Notes: generated from the sequence alone by a model not told the origin. A DNA stretch of 22,764 bases from Candidatus Micrarchaeota archaeon (GCA_040754495.1 JBFMCO010000055.1:1-22764); one strand, 5' to 3'; numbered from the stretch's first letter, positions 7,599 to 16,097 are shown. Program-made: numbers and translations.

Positions 7599-8432
7599 AT
7601 GGAAAACTTTATATACGATTACTTTGTCCGCCCGATATGGGAGCGCACAGGCTACAATGCAGTGAACACTCTCGTATATGCGCTGATAGCGATAGCCGCG
7701 GTATATGCCCTCAGCCGCACCCTCAAGGGGCGGGTAAGGATGGACGACGGATTCATGCGGGGGGTCCTCTCCTTCGTTCTTTTCGGCTCGACCATCAGGG
7801 TCGTGACCGACGCCATAGACACGGGCGTCTTCAAGCCCGTGACGATTGCGCACCAGCTCGTGCTTGATTCCCACCTGTGGGACTACGGATACCTGACGGT
7901 CAGCCCGGGCATATACATCCTCACCGCCGCCCTCCTCGTCGCAACACTTGCCATACTGCACAGGCTGAAGAGGCCCGAGCTCCTTCCGTACGTGGGCCTC
8001 GCGCTCTGGCTGCCGCATTTCCTGCTTCTCCTCCCGTTCATGGCATACTGGATTTACGCACTCCCCATATTCGCCCTCGCCGTCATCCCGGCTTATTTCG
8101 CATGGCGGCATTTCAGGGAAAACTCGCTTGCGCTCATCGTCGCCGGGCAGGCCCTTGACGGTGCTGCTACTTTCTTCGTAATAGACTATTTCTCCAAGAT
8201 AGCAGGCATACAGTATTTCGAGCAGCACGTCATCGGAGGGGCGATAGGCGCCTTTTTCGGCACGTTCTTCGCATTCTACCTGGTCAAGGTGGGGATATCC
8301 TTCGCCGCCGCCTACCTGCTCCAGAAGGAGAAGATGGACGGCGAGGACCGGCTTTTCGTCGCCCTCGCGCTCATGATAATGGGATTCGCCCCGGGGATAA
8401 GGGACATACTGAGGATGGTGGTCGCGGCATGA
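7599..8432 (+). CDS. DUF63 family archaeal membrane protein
   Basis: Multi-TM protein with GYNAVNTLVY, RVVTDA, TVSPGIY, QALDGAATF, YFEQHVI and GFAPGIRD motifs typical of DUF63. True start MENFIYDY at 7599. Confidence 0.85.
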   Translation: MENFIYDYFVRPIWERTGYNAVNTLVYALIAIAAVYALSRTLKGRVRMDDGFMRGVLSFVLFGSTIRVVTDAIDTGVFKPVTIAHQLVLDSHLWDYGYLTVSPGIYILTAALLVATLAILHRLKRPELLPYVGLALWLPHFLLLLPFMAYWIYALPIFALAVIPAYFAWRHFRENSLALIVAGQALDGAATFFVIDYFSKIAGIQYFEQHVIGGAIGAFFGTFFAFYLVKVGISFAAAYLLQKEKMDGEDRLFVALALMIMGFAPGIRDILRMVVAA

Positions 8433-8893
8433 AAAAAAGATACATGAAGAGCGCAATCGCAGTTGCGGAGAATGGAGTGAAAAAAGGCAATTCGCCTTTC
8501 GGCTCCTGCATCGTGAAGGGGAACCGGGTCGTGGCGGTCGCGCACAACACCGTGCTGACGAGAAAAGACGCCACGAACCACGCGGAGATGAACGCGATAC
8601 GCGCCGCGTGCAGGAAGCTCCGCAGCCATGAACTCAGGGGCTGCACCATATATTCAACCACCGAGCCATGCCCGATGTGCTTCTCGGCTATACACTGGGC
8701 GAAAATCGGCGCCATAATATACGGGACCGGAATCCAGGACGTGAAAAGGCTCGGGTTCTCCGAGCTCACCGTGAGCGACCGGAGGATGAAGCGGGAGGGC
8801 CATTCCAGGGTGAGGATAGCATCCGGCTTCATGAGAAAGGAGTGCAAGGAGCTCCTCGCGCGCTGGAAGGCGCGCAGCGGAAAGACGTATTGA
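8429..8893 (+). CDS. Zn-dependent nucleoside/nucleobase deaminase (cytidine-deaminase fold, GuaD-like guanine deaminase)
   Basis: PFG, NHAEMNAIR and EPCPMCFSAIHWA motifs. ATGA overlap with DUF63. Confidence 0.9.
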   Translation: MKKRYMKSAIAVAENGVKKGNSPFGSCIVKGNRVVAVAHNTVLTRKDATNHAEMNAIRAACRKLRSHELRGCTIYSTTEPCPMCFSAIHWAKIGAIIYGTGIQDVKRLGFSELTVSDRRMKREGHSRVRIASGFMRKECKELLARWKARSGKTY

Positions 8894-8980
8894 GAGGCGG
8901 CCGCAGCCTTGCAAGCATACATTTAAATTCCCTTTTGGCCACATATAACACGGGAATACGCCAATCCCGGAGCGAATCCC

Positions 8981-9670
8981 ATGAGAGACGCGAGGATAAG
9001 ACTTCTGTTGAACCCAAAGCTTGAAGAGCACGAGAGGAAAGCGGCTGCTTCCGCGGCCGCGCACTTTGAGCGTTTCGGCCTTAAGGTCGAGACGATTACG
9101 AGCCCGGATGCGCCGGTATGGAAGGACTTGTGCCGCAAGCGCATATTCGAGGCCGTGTTCAGGGAGGGAATGCTGACCCTGCATGGAAGCGAACCCTTCG
9201 GGAGGCCGTCGTATGGGGTTCCCAACGACGGGGCAATTCTCGCTGCCCTGACGCCGCACAAAATCGAATGGGTATCCGACAGGAGGGTGCCCCTGGAGGG
9301 ATTCAACCTCTTCATGGTCGGAAGCGTTGTTTCGACATCTTCCCTCAAGCCATCCGCCGCAGACCCTTACCGGAGCGGCGGCCCGGCAAGCCCTGATGAG
9401 GCCGCAGAGGCCATCAGGCTGAGCATGATTCATGAGCTCGGCCACGCACTCCTTGGCAGGGAGCCGGTGACGAACTTCGGCTCCTTCCACGGGCCCCTTC
9501 CTTATGACGACGACGGCCATTGCCTCGCGGCAGGCTGCATAATGCGGAACGTTGCTGACTACCTGTCGCTCCTCCGGCGCGTGGCATCGGACAGGATGGA
9601 TTTCTGCGAACGGTGCGGGGACCTCCTGAAAAGCAGGGTGTCGTATATCAATTATCTTGGTGCTGCGTGA
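8981..9670 (+). CDS. Archaemetzincin-like Zn metalloprotease (paralogue 1)
   Basis: HELGH...GHCLAAGCIM...DFCERC: zincin motif, Met-turn and Cys4 site, with a long insert before the third His. Confidence 0.75.
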   Translation: MRDARIRLLLNPKLEEHERKAAASAAAHFERFGLKVETITSPDAPVWKDLCRKRIFEAVFREGMLTLHGSEPFGRPSYGVPNDGAILAALTPHKIEWVSDRRVPLEGFNLFMVGSVVSTSSLKPSAADPYRSGGPASPDEAAEAIRLSMIHELGHALLGREPVTNFGSFHGPLPYDDDGHCLAAGCIMRNVADYLSLLRRVASDRMDFCERCGDLLKSRVSYINYLGAA

Positions 9671-10317
9671 TTCTCATGGCCGGAGCGCATGTCAGGATAC
9701 TTTTCCCTTCGACGGTCAGGCCGGAGGAGGCCGGGGCCGCCTCGCGCGGCGCTCATCGCCTCAGCCGCTTTGGAGTCATGAACGACCAGCTCAGGGTAGA
9801 CAGCAGGAGCGGGAGGCAGGTCCGGCATGTCAGGCGCGGCGAAAGCATCCTCGACATCGTCACATCCGTCGGGATGCCCGTCGTGCACCCCTGCTCCCTC
9901 AGGGGGGAATCGCTATGGAGCCTGATTTACGAAAGGAGCATATTCGGAGTAGGGCTTACGCCGAACACGCTCCTGGAGGCTGCCGAGGACAGCGAAGGCG
10001 GCTACAAGGAACCGGCAAGGATGACGGGCCTCAGCATGAGCGGCGTCGGCGCGATTGTATCGCTTTCGATGATGCGCAGCCTCGACGCCGGCCTGAAGGC
10101 GCTTGCCATTGAAACGGCGGTGGCGCACGAGCTCGGCCATGTATTCAAGGAGCGGGGCACCGGCCACTGCCCGGATGCTGGCTGCATAATGCAGGAGAAC
10201 GAGAATTTCCTGGATTTTTTGGAGCGGTTCGTGAAGCCGCGGCTGGACTTCTGCCGCTCGTGCAGCGCTGAGATAAGCACGGGCGTAAATATGCTTGAAA
10301 GGATCAGGTATTCCTGA
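9667..10317 (+). CDS. Archaemetzincin-like Zn metalloprotease (paralogue 2)
   Basis: HELGHVFKERGTGHCPDAGCIM...DFCRSC. GTG at 9667 overlaps the upstream TGA; ATG 9676 is an alternative start. Confidence 0.78.
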   Translation: MILMAGAHVRILFPSTVRPEEAGAASRGAHRLSRFGVMNDQLRVDSRSGRQVRHVRRGESILDIVTSVGMPVVHPCSLRGESLWSLIYERSIFGVGLTPNTLLEAAEDSEGGYKEPARMTGLSMSGVGAIVSLSMMRSLDAGLKALAIETAVAHELGHVFKERGTGHCPDAGCIMQENENFLDFLERFVKPRLDFCRSCSAEISTGVNMLERIRYS

Positions 10318-10348
10318 AAAGGGGATAAGCCTGAAAAATAAGAAATCT

Positions 10349-10576
10349 TTAATCCTTGGCCTGCTGGGCCGTCTGCGCCTTTCCTGAGTAGTGCGTGTCG
10401 AGTCCGGTATTCTTCAGCGCTTCAGCAACGCGGGGGTTTTCGCTCTCGTGGAAATGCGCGTGGATTTTCGCTGCGAATCCGAGGCCTCCCACAGGCTCCA
10501 GCCCGTCGCGGAGCCTGAGCTTGTTGATTTCGCGGTAAAGCAGGTCCAATCTATGCATGGGTTTGGCTGTCGTCAT
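10349..10576 (-). CDS. Small hypothetical protein (75 aa)
   Basis: Fills the intergenic gap. GAGGTG Shine-Dalgarno (10589-10584) 7 nt before ATG. TTTATATA at 10650-10643. Confidence 0.65.
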   Translation of the reverse strand: MTTAKPMHRLDLLYREINKLRLRDGLEPVGGLGFAAKIHAHFHESENPRVAEALKNTGLDTHYSGKAQTAQQAKD

Positions 10577-10602
10577 TTTTTTCCACCTCTCGTATCAATA
10601 AC

Positions 10603-10616
10603 ACTGACTGGTCAGT
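10603..10616. promoter_or_regulatory. Inverted repeat ACTGAC-TG-GTCAGT, candidate repressor operator
   Basis: Perfect 6-bp arms with a 2-nt spacer, between the TATA box and the SD of the 75-aa ORF. Confidence 0.5.
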
Positions 10617-10670
10617 AGCATTGTTCATTATGGCCAAAGATATATATAAATGTATAGGTAGACGGAGGCG

Positions 10671-12431
10671 CTAGAGCTTGGTCGCAACCGCAATGAGCAG
10701 GAGGACTCCGCCGAGGAGGACGAGGGGGAACGTTATCTTGGCGACAGCCACGATGGAATTCACGGTCGAGATGACCTCGATGGACTGCTTGGCGCCGAGC
10801 ACCTTGATGTCGAACCAGCGCGTGTCCTGGAAATACTGCGCATCCTGCATGTCCGATGCCGCCTCCCGGCACGCGTCCCTTATCAGGGAGAGCGTATCCT
10901 CCTCCTCCTTGAGCGGGTTGAGCACCCCGCGGACCATGTTCGTCTGGTGCGTGTCGGTCGTGAATATCCCTGCCGAGAAGTCCCTCCTGAGCTCCTTGCC
11001 GAGTTTCACCACCTCGGCTTCTATCCTGTCCCGGAACGCAGGCGTCACTCCGTTCGAGTCTATGACGACCACGACGTATTCGGGTTTTGAGGATATCACG
11101 GCCACCTTGATGCCCGCCCTCCCTATGACGTCCGAGCCGGACTTGCGGAAAGACACGCCTATCCTGAGGGGCTTGAGGGGCGGCTTCTTCGAAAGCGCGT
11201 CCTTTATCGCCTGCATGTAGCGGTAGCCGACCGGGCTCCCGGGCTCGAAACTCGTGATGTCGCCCGTCTCCGCGTTGTGCTGGTCTACGACCATGGCCTT
11301 GCCTACGCGCTTCTCCGCCTCCATCATCAGGGCCATGCCGAGGCCGAAGTTGATGTCCTCTGTGACCTGAGGGGCCCTGCTGAGGGACACGACTGCCGAA
11401 TCCCCGACCATCAGGGCCTGCGCCCTGCATTCGTCCTCGCGGCCTTCGGACAGCCCGGCCAACGCATCCCTGAACGACGCCCCCTTGATGGAATCGTCGA
11501 AGGCCGAGAGGAGCTTCGTTATCTGGCTCGTGGAGACCGGATTCAAATCATGCGTCACGGTTCCGTGGAACACGAAGGTCTTCGAGCCGTATTTCGCGTC
11601 TATCGCCTCGGCGACAAGGTGCGAGAACTCGCTCCCGCCGAGGTTCCCGAGGGGGCCGAAATGGACGTATGGCGTGACGAAGAAGACCGTGTCCTTCTTC
11701 CTCCTGAAAGCGCTGAGGCAGAGCATCGTCTTCACGTCCTCGCCCACCTGCTCGAACACCTTCTCCACGTCCTTGTTGTGGTAGAGCCACTGGCTGAAGA
11801 GGTACGACATCGCGTCCGTGCTGCTGAGGCCGAGGTTCTTCTTCATGGGGGCGTTTATGATGAAGAAGAAGATGACGATGGCCGCAAGCAGGACGAAGGA
11901 TGAGATGTAGAACTTTGCCGCAACGTCGAGGAAGGGCTCGCTCGTTACGTAGAGCGCCTGGTTGCTGAGGAGGAAGGTGAGGTAGAAGAGGAGCTGGAGC
12001 ATGGCGAAGAGGATGGAGCGGTATTTGAGGATGAAGACGAACCTCGCGATTACGTACCAGAGGACGAAAACGATTGCCGAGCCCACGAGGACGACAAGCT
12101 GGGCCCAGATGGGATTCACCCCGGCGAGCAGGAGGCTGGCGCCGTACGCGAGCGAATATACCGCCTCCCCGGCCAGAGCCGTCGCGGCGATGCGCCGGTA
12201 TGGCATCTTGCGCACGAGCAGCTTTATGAGCGCCGACGAAAGGAGGGCCGGGAGCGCAAGCAGCATCAGGCCGTCTGTGAGCGCATTCTCCAGGGGGTGC
12301 CCGGAGCCCAGGTTTATCAGGAGGCCGAAGACCAGCCCGAGCAGGACGATTGCGAGGAGGAGGTAGCGCGTCGGGGGAAGCGTTATGAAATACGAAGTGA
12401 GGTTGATGGCCTGGTTTATGTTCTTTGTCAT
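10671..12431 (-). CDS. DUF2070 family archaeal membrane protein
   Basis: N-terminal multi-TM half. Soluble half has PYVHFGPLGNLGGS, HGTVTHDLNP, DQHNAE and TTDTH motifs. C-terminal TM. Confidence 0.85.
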   Translation of the reverse strand: MTKNINQAINLTSYFITLPPTRYLLLAIVLLGLVFGLLINLGSGHPLENALTDGLMLLALPALLSSALIKLLVRKMPYRRIAATALAGEAVYSLAYGASLLLAGVNPIWAQLVVLVGSAIVFVLWYVIARFVFILKYRSILFAMLQLLFYLTFLLSNQALYVTSEPFLDVAAKFYISSFVLLAAIVIFFFIINAPMKKNLGLSSTDAMSYLFSQWLYHNKDVEKVFEQVGEDVKTMLCLSAFRRKKDTVFFVTPYVHFGPLGNLGGSEFSHLVAEAIDAKYGSKTFVFHGTVTHDLNPVSTSQITKLLSAFDDSIKGASFRDALAGLSEGREDECRAQALMVGDSAVVSLSRAPQVTEDINFGLGMALMMEAEKRVGKAMVVDQHNAETGDITSFEPGSPVGYRYMQAIKDALSKKPPLKPLRIGVSFRKSGSDVIGRAGIKVAVISSKPEYVVVVIDSNGVTPAFRDRIEAEVVKLGKELRRDFSAGIFTTDTHQTNMVRGVLNPLKEEEDTLSLIRDACREAASDMQDAQYFQDTRWFDIKVLGAKQSIEVISTVNSIVAVAKITFPLVLLGGVLLLIAVATKL

Positions 12432-12467
12432 TGATTTTTAATATCGTTCTCAATGGTTTTAAACGAT
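12432..12467. promoter_or_regulatory. 36-bp bidirectional promoter region (DUF2070 / NMD3)
   Basis: TTTTTAATA at 12435-12443 is about 25 nt before ATG 12468. TTTAAAA on the minus strand at 12463-12457 is about 26 nt before ATG 12431. Confidence 0.55.
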
Positions 12468-13088
12468 ATGTCAGCCCTAATCTGCCCGAAGTGCGGCCGC
12501 AGCAGCGACAAGGTCGCGTTCGTCGAGGCTTTCTGCGTGGACTGCTACCCCGTCCGCATAGAGTGCCCGCCGAAGGTCGAGGTCGAGCAGTGCGGAAGGT
12601 GCGGAAGGGCCCGCATCAGGGGGGAATGGACGGATATTGGCCGGAAGAGGATGGCTGAGTTCATACTCTCCAAATGCAGGGGCGACATCGAATCCGCCGA
12701 ATACGATGAGGAAAGCGGCGAGGCCTCGTTCACCATGCGGCAGACAGGGGCGGTTGCCCGGAGGACGATTCCGCTCGACATAAAAAAGACCATCTGCCGG
12801 GACTGCTCCCGCATAAGCGGCGGCTATTTCGAGGGGATAATCCAGCTGCGCGGGGACCCGCTCAAGGTAAGGGGCCATGCCGACATGCTCGTGAAGAGGC
12901 TTTCGAAGAAGACCTTCATCGCCAAAGAGGAGGAAAAGGACGAGGGCCTGGACATATACGTGGGAAGCTCCAAGGCTGCCCTCGAGGTCATCACGTCGCT
13001 CGGCGTAAAGACCCTGATTACGAAGAAGCTCATCGGCCGCGACGAGGGGAAGAGGCTTTACCGGACGACGTTCCTCCTCCGCCTCTGA
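12468..13088 (+). CDS. nmd3: NMD3 family ribosome-biogenesis protein
   Basis: CPKCG...FCVDC...CGRCG...W and CRDCSRISGGYFEGIIQLRG pattern of archaeal NMD3. Confidence 0.9.
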   Translation: MSALICPKCGRSSDKVAFVEAFCVDCYPVRIECPPKVEVEQCGRCGRARIRGEWTDIGRKRMAEFILSKCRGDIESAEYDEESGEASFTMRQTGAVARRTIPLDIKKTICRDCSRISGGYFEGIIQLRGDPLKVRGHADMLVKRLSKKTFIAKEEEKDEGLDIYVGSSKAALEVITSLGVKTLITKKLIGRDEGKRLYRTTFLLRL

Positions 13089-13089
13089 T

Positions 13090-14058
13090 TCAGAGCTCGA
13101 CGCCCTCATGCACCCTGACCGCCTCCGGCACCGCCGGAAGGTGAACGAAGGTCGTCTTGAACCTTGTGAGCAGGGCGAACGTCGCGGCCTTGGCCGGAGG
13201 TATCCCGAAGAGCGAGAACACCAGCGTCGAGCCGCCTTCGCTGAGGCCCAGGCCAGCTATCGTGGGGCTCGGCACGAATTCCAGCATCGTCACAAGCGGC
13301 TGGAGGAAGAAGTAGAAAAGCGGCTCAGGGAACGGGGTGTCGAGCGATATGCCGACGCTTTTGCCTGCGAAATACCAGGACATCGCCCTTGCAGCCCAGC
13401 TGAAAAAGATGAGCGCGATGATGTGCGGCGTCTTCCTTACGACCACGTGCGAGCTGTCCTGCATCTTCACGACGACTCCGAAGAGCCGCCCGAGGAGGGG
13501 CAGCTTCCGCGCGAAGGCGAAAAGAGCGAGGAAGCGCCGCGAGAAGAGCGTGAGGAGCATGACCACTATGACCGCCCCCACTGCCAGCGCGCCGGCGATG
13601 AGCACCCAGCCCTGCTCCGGCTCTATGAAAACGAGCATAATGTAGAGCATGGCCAGGCTCCCGGCCACTACCTTGAAGGTGAAGTCGAATATCTGCGGCC
13701 CGAATATGGAAAGGAGGGCCTTGTCGGCCGGGACGCCGTAGTTGTATTTCAGCGCCGCGGCCGTCGCGAAATAGCCTGCGCGCGAGGGGGTGAAGTCAGC
13801 GAGCAGCATCCCCACGAAATGCGACCGGACTATGGATAGGAACGGAATCCCGGCCTTCATCTCATCAAGGAGCATGCTGATGCGGTAGGACATGATGATG
13901 TCCATCAGGAGGAGGCATAGCATGCTGAGGGCGATAAAGCCAAGGTCCACCCCGCCCAGCTCCCGGACGACGTCCCCGAGGCCCACGAGGTGGAGGATGA
14001 GCGCCACGAGGGCGAGCGACACGACGCCGTTTATGGCAAGTATGAGCTTCTTGTCCAT
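13090..14058 (-). CDS. Lysylphosphatidylglycerol-synthase TM / flippase-like membrane protein (UPF0104 type)
   Basis: Multi-TM protein with DFTPSRAG and PSPTIAGLGLSEGG motifs. Confidence 0.85.
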   Translation of the reverse strand: MDKKLILAINGVVSLALVALILHLVGLGDVVRELGGVDLGFIALSMLCLLLMDIIMSYRISMLLDEMKAGIPFLSIVRSHFVGMLLADFTPSRAGYFATAAALKYNYGVPADKALLSIFGPQIFDFTFKVVAGSLAMLYIMLVFIEPEQGWVLIAGALAVGAVIVVMLLTLFSRRFLALFAFARKLPLLGRLFGVVVKMQDSSHVVVRKTPHIIALIFFSWAARAMSWYFAGKSVGISLDTPFPEPLFYFFLQPLVTMLEFVPSPTIAGLGLSEGGSTLVFSLFGIPPAKAATFALLTRFKTTFVHLPAVPEAVRVHEGVEL

Positions 14059-14059
14059 G

Positions 14060-14869
14060 TCACACTTCCCGGTAATGCAGCGTGAACTCGAGCTTTTTCC
14101 CGTCCGGCGCGAGGCCGAGCGCGGGCGGGATGCTGCGGTTTATCCTGTTCGTGAATGAGATTGCGGCGTCTATCTCCCCCTGCACCATCAGCGCATGGAA
14201 GGAGTTCATGAACAAAATGAGGTTCTCGGCGCAGAGGTAGAGGAGCGCGGAGAGGCTGCCGCGTATCTCGTCCGGGGCCTTCTCGAGAGTGGTGGCCCCT
14301 TCCATCGTCGGGGTGTTCAGGTTGGCGCCGAATATGCTGGTATGAGACTTCTGGCAGAGCGCCCAGTACTGGTTGAAGAAGAACTTCTCGTAGACCTCCT
14401 TCGAGTAGAGGTTCCTCATCGCCTTCTGGAAGCCGTGCTTGCGCCGCAGGTTCTCGAGCCTGCGCTCCCGCGTGTTGGACCATTGCCCGCTTTTCACGAG
14501 AGCCAGCTTCTGCGTCTCCAGCTCCTCGATTCCGACCGATTCGCGATAGAGCGAATCATCCGTGAGATACGCGTACTGCCAGACGATTGTCTCGAAGACG
14601 GTCCGCATGTTGTTGCCGGCAGGGTCGAGCATCCCGAGGCGGATGAGCTGGTATGCAGCGGAGAGGTAGACGCAGTTCCTGTGGAAAAGGGCGAGCATGC
14701 GGCTGGTCTTGCCGTCCGGCTTCCGCCCGGCGACCGGCCCGTAGGAGGCGAAGCAGAACGCGAGCGCATCCTCAGCGAGCGCGCACTCCCTGCTGAATAG
14801 CGCCCCGGTCTGGACATGGACGTGCTCATAAAGGCCTCTGAGCCTCTCGAAACCCATGGGGTTAATCAT
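14060..14869 (-). CDS. Hypothetical helical protein, DUF5677/HEPN-like pattern
   Basis: 269-aa ORF coupled on both sides (ATGA overlap upstream, 1-nt gap downstream). MRTVFE and YWALCQKSH resemble the R-x3-E ... Y-x2-L-x4-H pattern I associate with DUF5677-like proteins. Family call is tentative. Confidence 0.6.
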   Translation of the reverse strand: MINPMGFERLRGLYEHVHVQTGALFSRECALAEDALAFCFASYGPVAGRKPDGKTSRMLALFHRNCVYLSAAYQLIRLGMLDPAGNNMRTVFETIVWQYAYLTDDSLYRESVGIEELETQKLALVKSGQWSNTRERRLENLRRKHGFQKAMRNLYSKEVYEKFFFNQYWALCQKSHTSIFGANLNTPTMEGATTLEKAPDEIRGSLSALLYLCAENLILFMNSFHALMVQGEIDAAISFTNRINRSIPPALGLAPDGKKLEFTLHYREV

Positions 14870-15774
14870 CCGTATAGCTTTTTGTATGCATCGAAAAACA
14901 GGGAGAAGAGTATCGAGCGGGCGAAGGCGGGGTTCTCGCGGGCGCGCCTGACCGAGTACGCGAAAGCGTCCTTCCCGTAGGGAACGTACTCGGCAAGCGG
15001 GACGCCGCGGGCGCGGAGCTGCGCATAATACGAGGGAAGGACCCCTTTCAGCACCTCTATCTCGAAGAACCTCTTCCGGTGCTTCTTCTGCAGCTCCATT
15101 GCGAGCCCTATGGCCTCCGAATGATGGGAGCCGACCGCGATGCCGAAGCCCTCGGGGCTTTTCTCGAACGCGGCGCGGATGAGCTCAAGGAAGCGCCGGT
15201 GCACCTGCTCCGGCGGAATCGCGAGCCGCGCATCCTCCCGGTAGATGCCCTTGACGAGCCTCACGCGCACCGGAACCTTCTCCGCGATGGCTATCAGCGC
15301 CTCAAGGTCCCCGGGCGTCCTCTTCAGGTTGGCCTGGAGGCATACCCCAATCGGGTATGCGGACGCGTATTTTTTGTAGAATCCGAGCGTGAAATCCGTG
15401 AATCTCGAGCCTTCCATGTCGAGCCAGACGTAAATGCCGGCTGCCGAGGCATAGGAGACCGCATCCAGCGTGCTCTCCTCGCAGAAGCTTCTGGGGTCTT
15501 CGATGTCCAGGGCGTCGAACCCGAACTGCGAGGGCTTGATGGTCATCGAGGCGCTTGCCCTGGCGGAGCGGATGATGTCCACGAGGCGCTTGTATTCCGC
15601 CACGGCCTCGTTTGCCATCCGGCTTTCCGTGTAATGCTCGCCGAGGTAGTTGATGATGCAGCGTTTAGCGGCGCAGTAGCGCACCGCGTCCCTGGCCGTG
15701 GCGCCGGCCACCCACCTCGACATGAGCGTCAGGAAGAAGAGATTGCCTACCGCCCTTATCGCCCCTGTGAGCAT
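14866..15774 (-). CDS. Monofunctional proline dehydrogenase (FAD, TIM barrel)
   Basis: IKPSQFG, WLDME, CLQANL, VRLVKGIY, YVPYG and RRARENP match the ProDH pattern. Start at ATG 15774, 22 nt after TATAAA (15801-15796). Confidence 0.85.
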   Translation of the reverse strand: MLTGAIRAVGNLFFLTLMSRWVAGATARDAVRYCAAKRCIINYLGEHYTESRMANEAVAEYKRLVDIIRSARASASMTIKPSQFGFDALDIEDPRSFCEESTLDAVSYASAAGIYVWLDMEGSRFTDFTLGFYKKYASAYPIGVCLQANLKRTPGDLEALIAIAEKVPVRVRLVKGIYREDARLAIPPEQVHRRFLELIRAAFEKSPEGFGIAVGSHHSEAIGLAMELQKKHRKRFFEIEVLKGVLPSYYAQLRARGVPLAEYVPYGKDAFAYSVRRARENPAFARSILFSLFFDAYKKLYG

Positions 15775-15844
15775 GACTGGCAATGGCCCCCAATGTTTAT
15801 AGAGTTACGGCCCGCAGACCCAGACCCGGCCATCCCGGCCTCCT

Positions 15845-16093
15845 TCAATCCAGGATTACGTCCCTGCCGGTGAGCTTCTTGAATATGGCTTCGCTCAGCG
15901 TCTTGTCGTCAATCTGGAAGGCGGTGTAGAGGTCCGGCCTCCTCTCGCGCATCTGCTGGAAGAAGGGCGCCTTCTCGTCGCGGACTTTCACCGCCTCGTC
16001 CTGCCCGCCTTTTTCCAGGCGGCCCCTCCACGCCGATATCCTTTTCTTCGCGTCCTGGTACTCCTTCGACTTTATGAGTTCGCCGAGTTTCAT
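15845..16093 (-). CDS. Small hypothetical protein (82 aa)
   Basis: MKLGELIKSKEY... GGTGAT SD overlaps the stop of the upstream peptidase, 4 nt gap. Confidence 0.75.
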   Translation of the reverse strand: MKLGELIKSKEYQDAKKRISAWRGRLEKGGQDEAVKVRDEKAPFFQQMRERRPDLYTAFQIDDKTLSEAIFKKLTGRDVILD

Positions 16094-16097
16094 CTTA

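Noticed and set aside
7287-8456. 389-aa minus-strand ORF as one gene
   Set aside because: Only the last 99 aa (Rpp21) are real. The rest is antisense to the DUF63 gene.
15845-16093. Homology of the 82-aa ORF to the 93/97-aa cassette proteins
   Set aside because: Only generic helical, charged similarity. The conserved WDxAKxKP and WE..SLKG motifs are absent.
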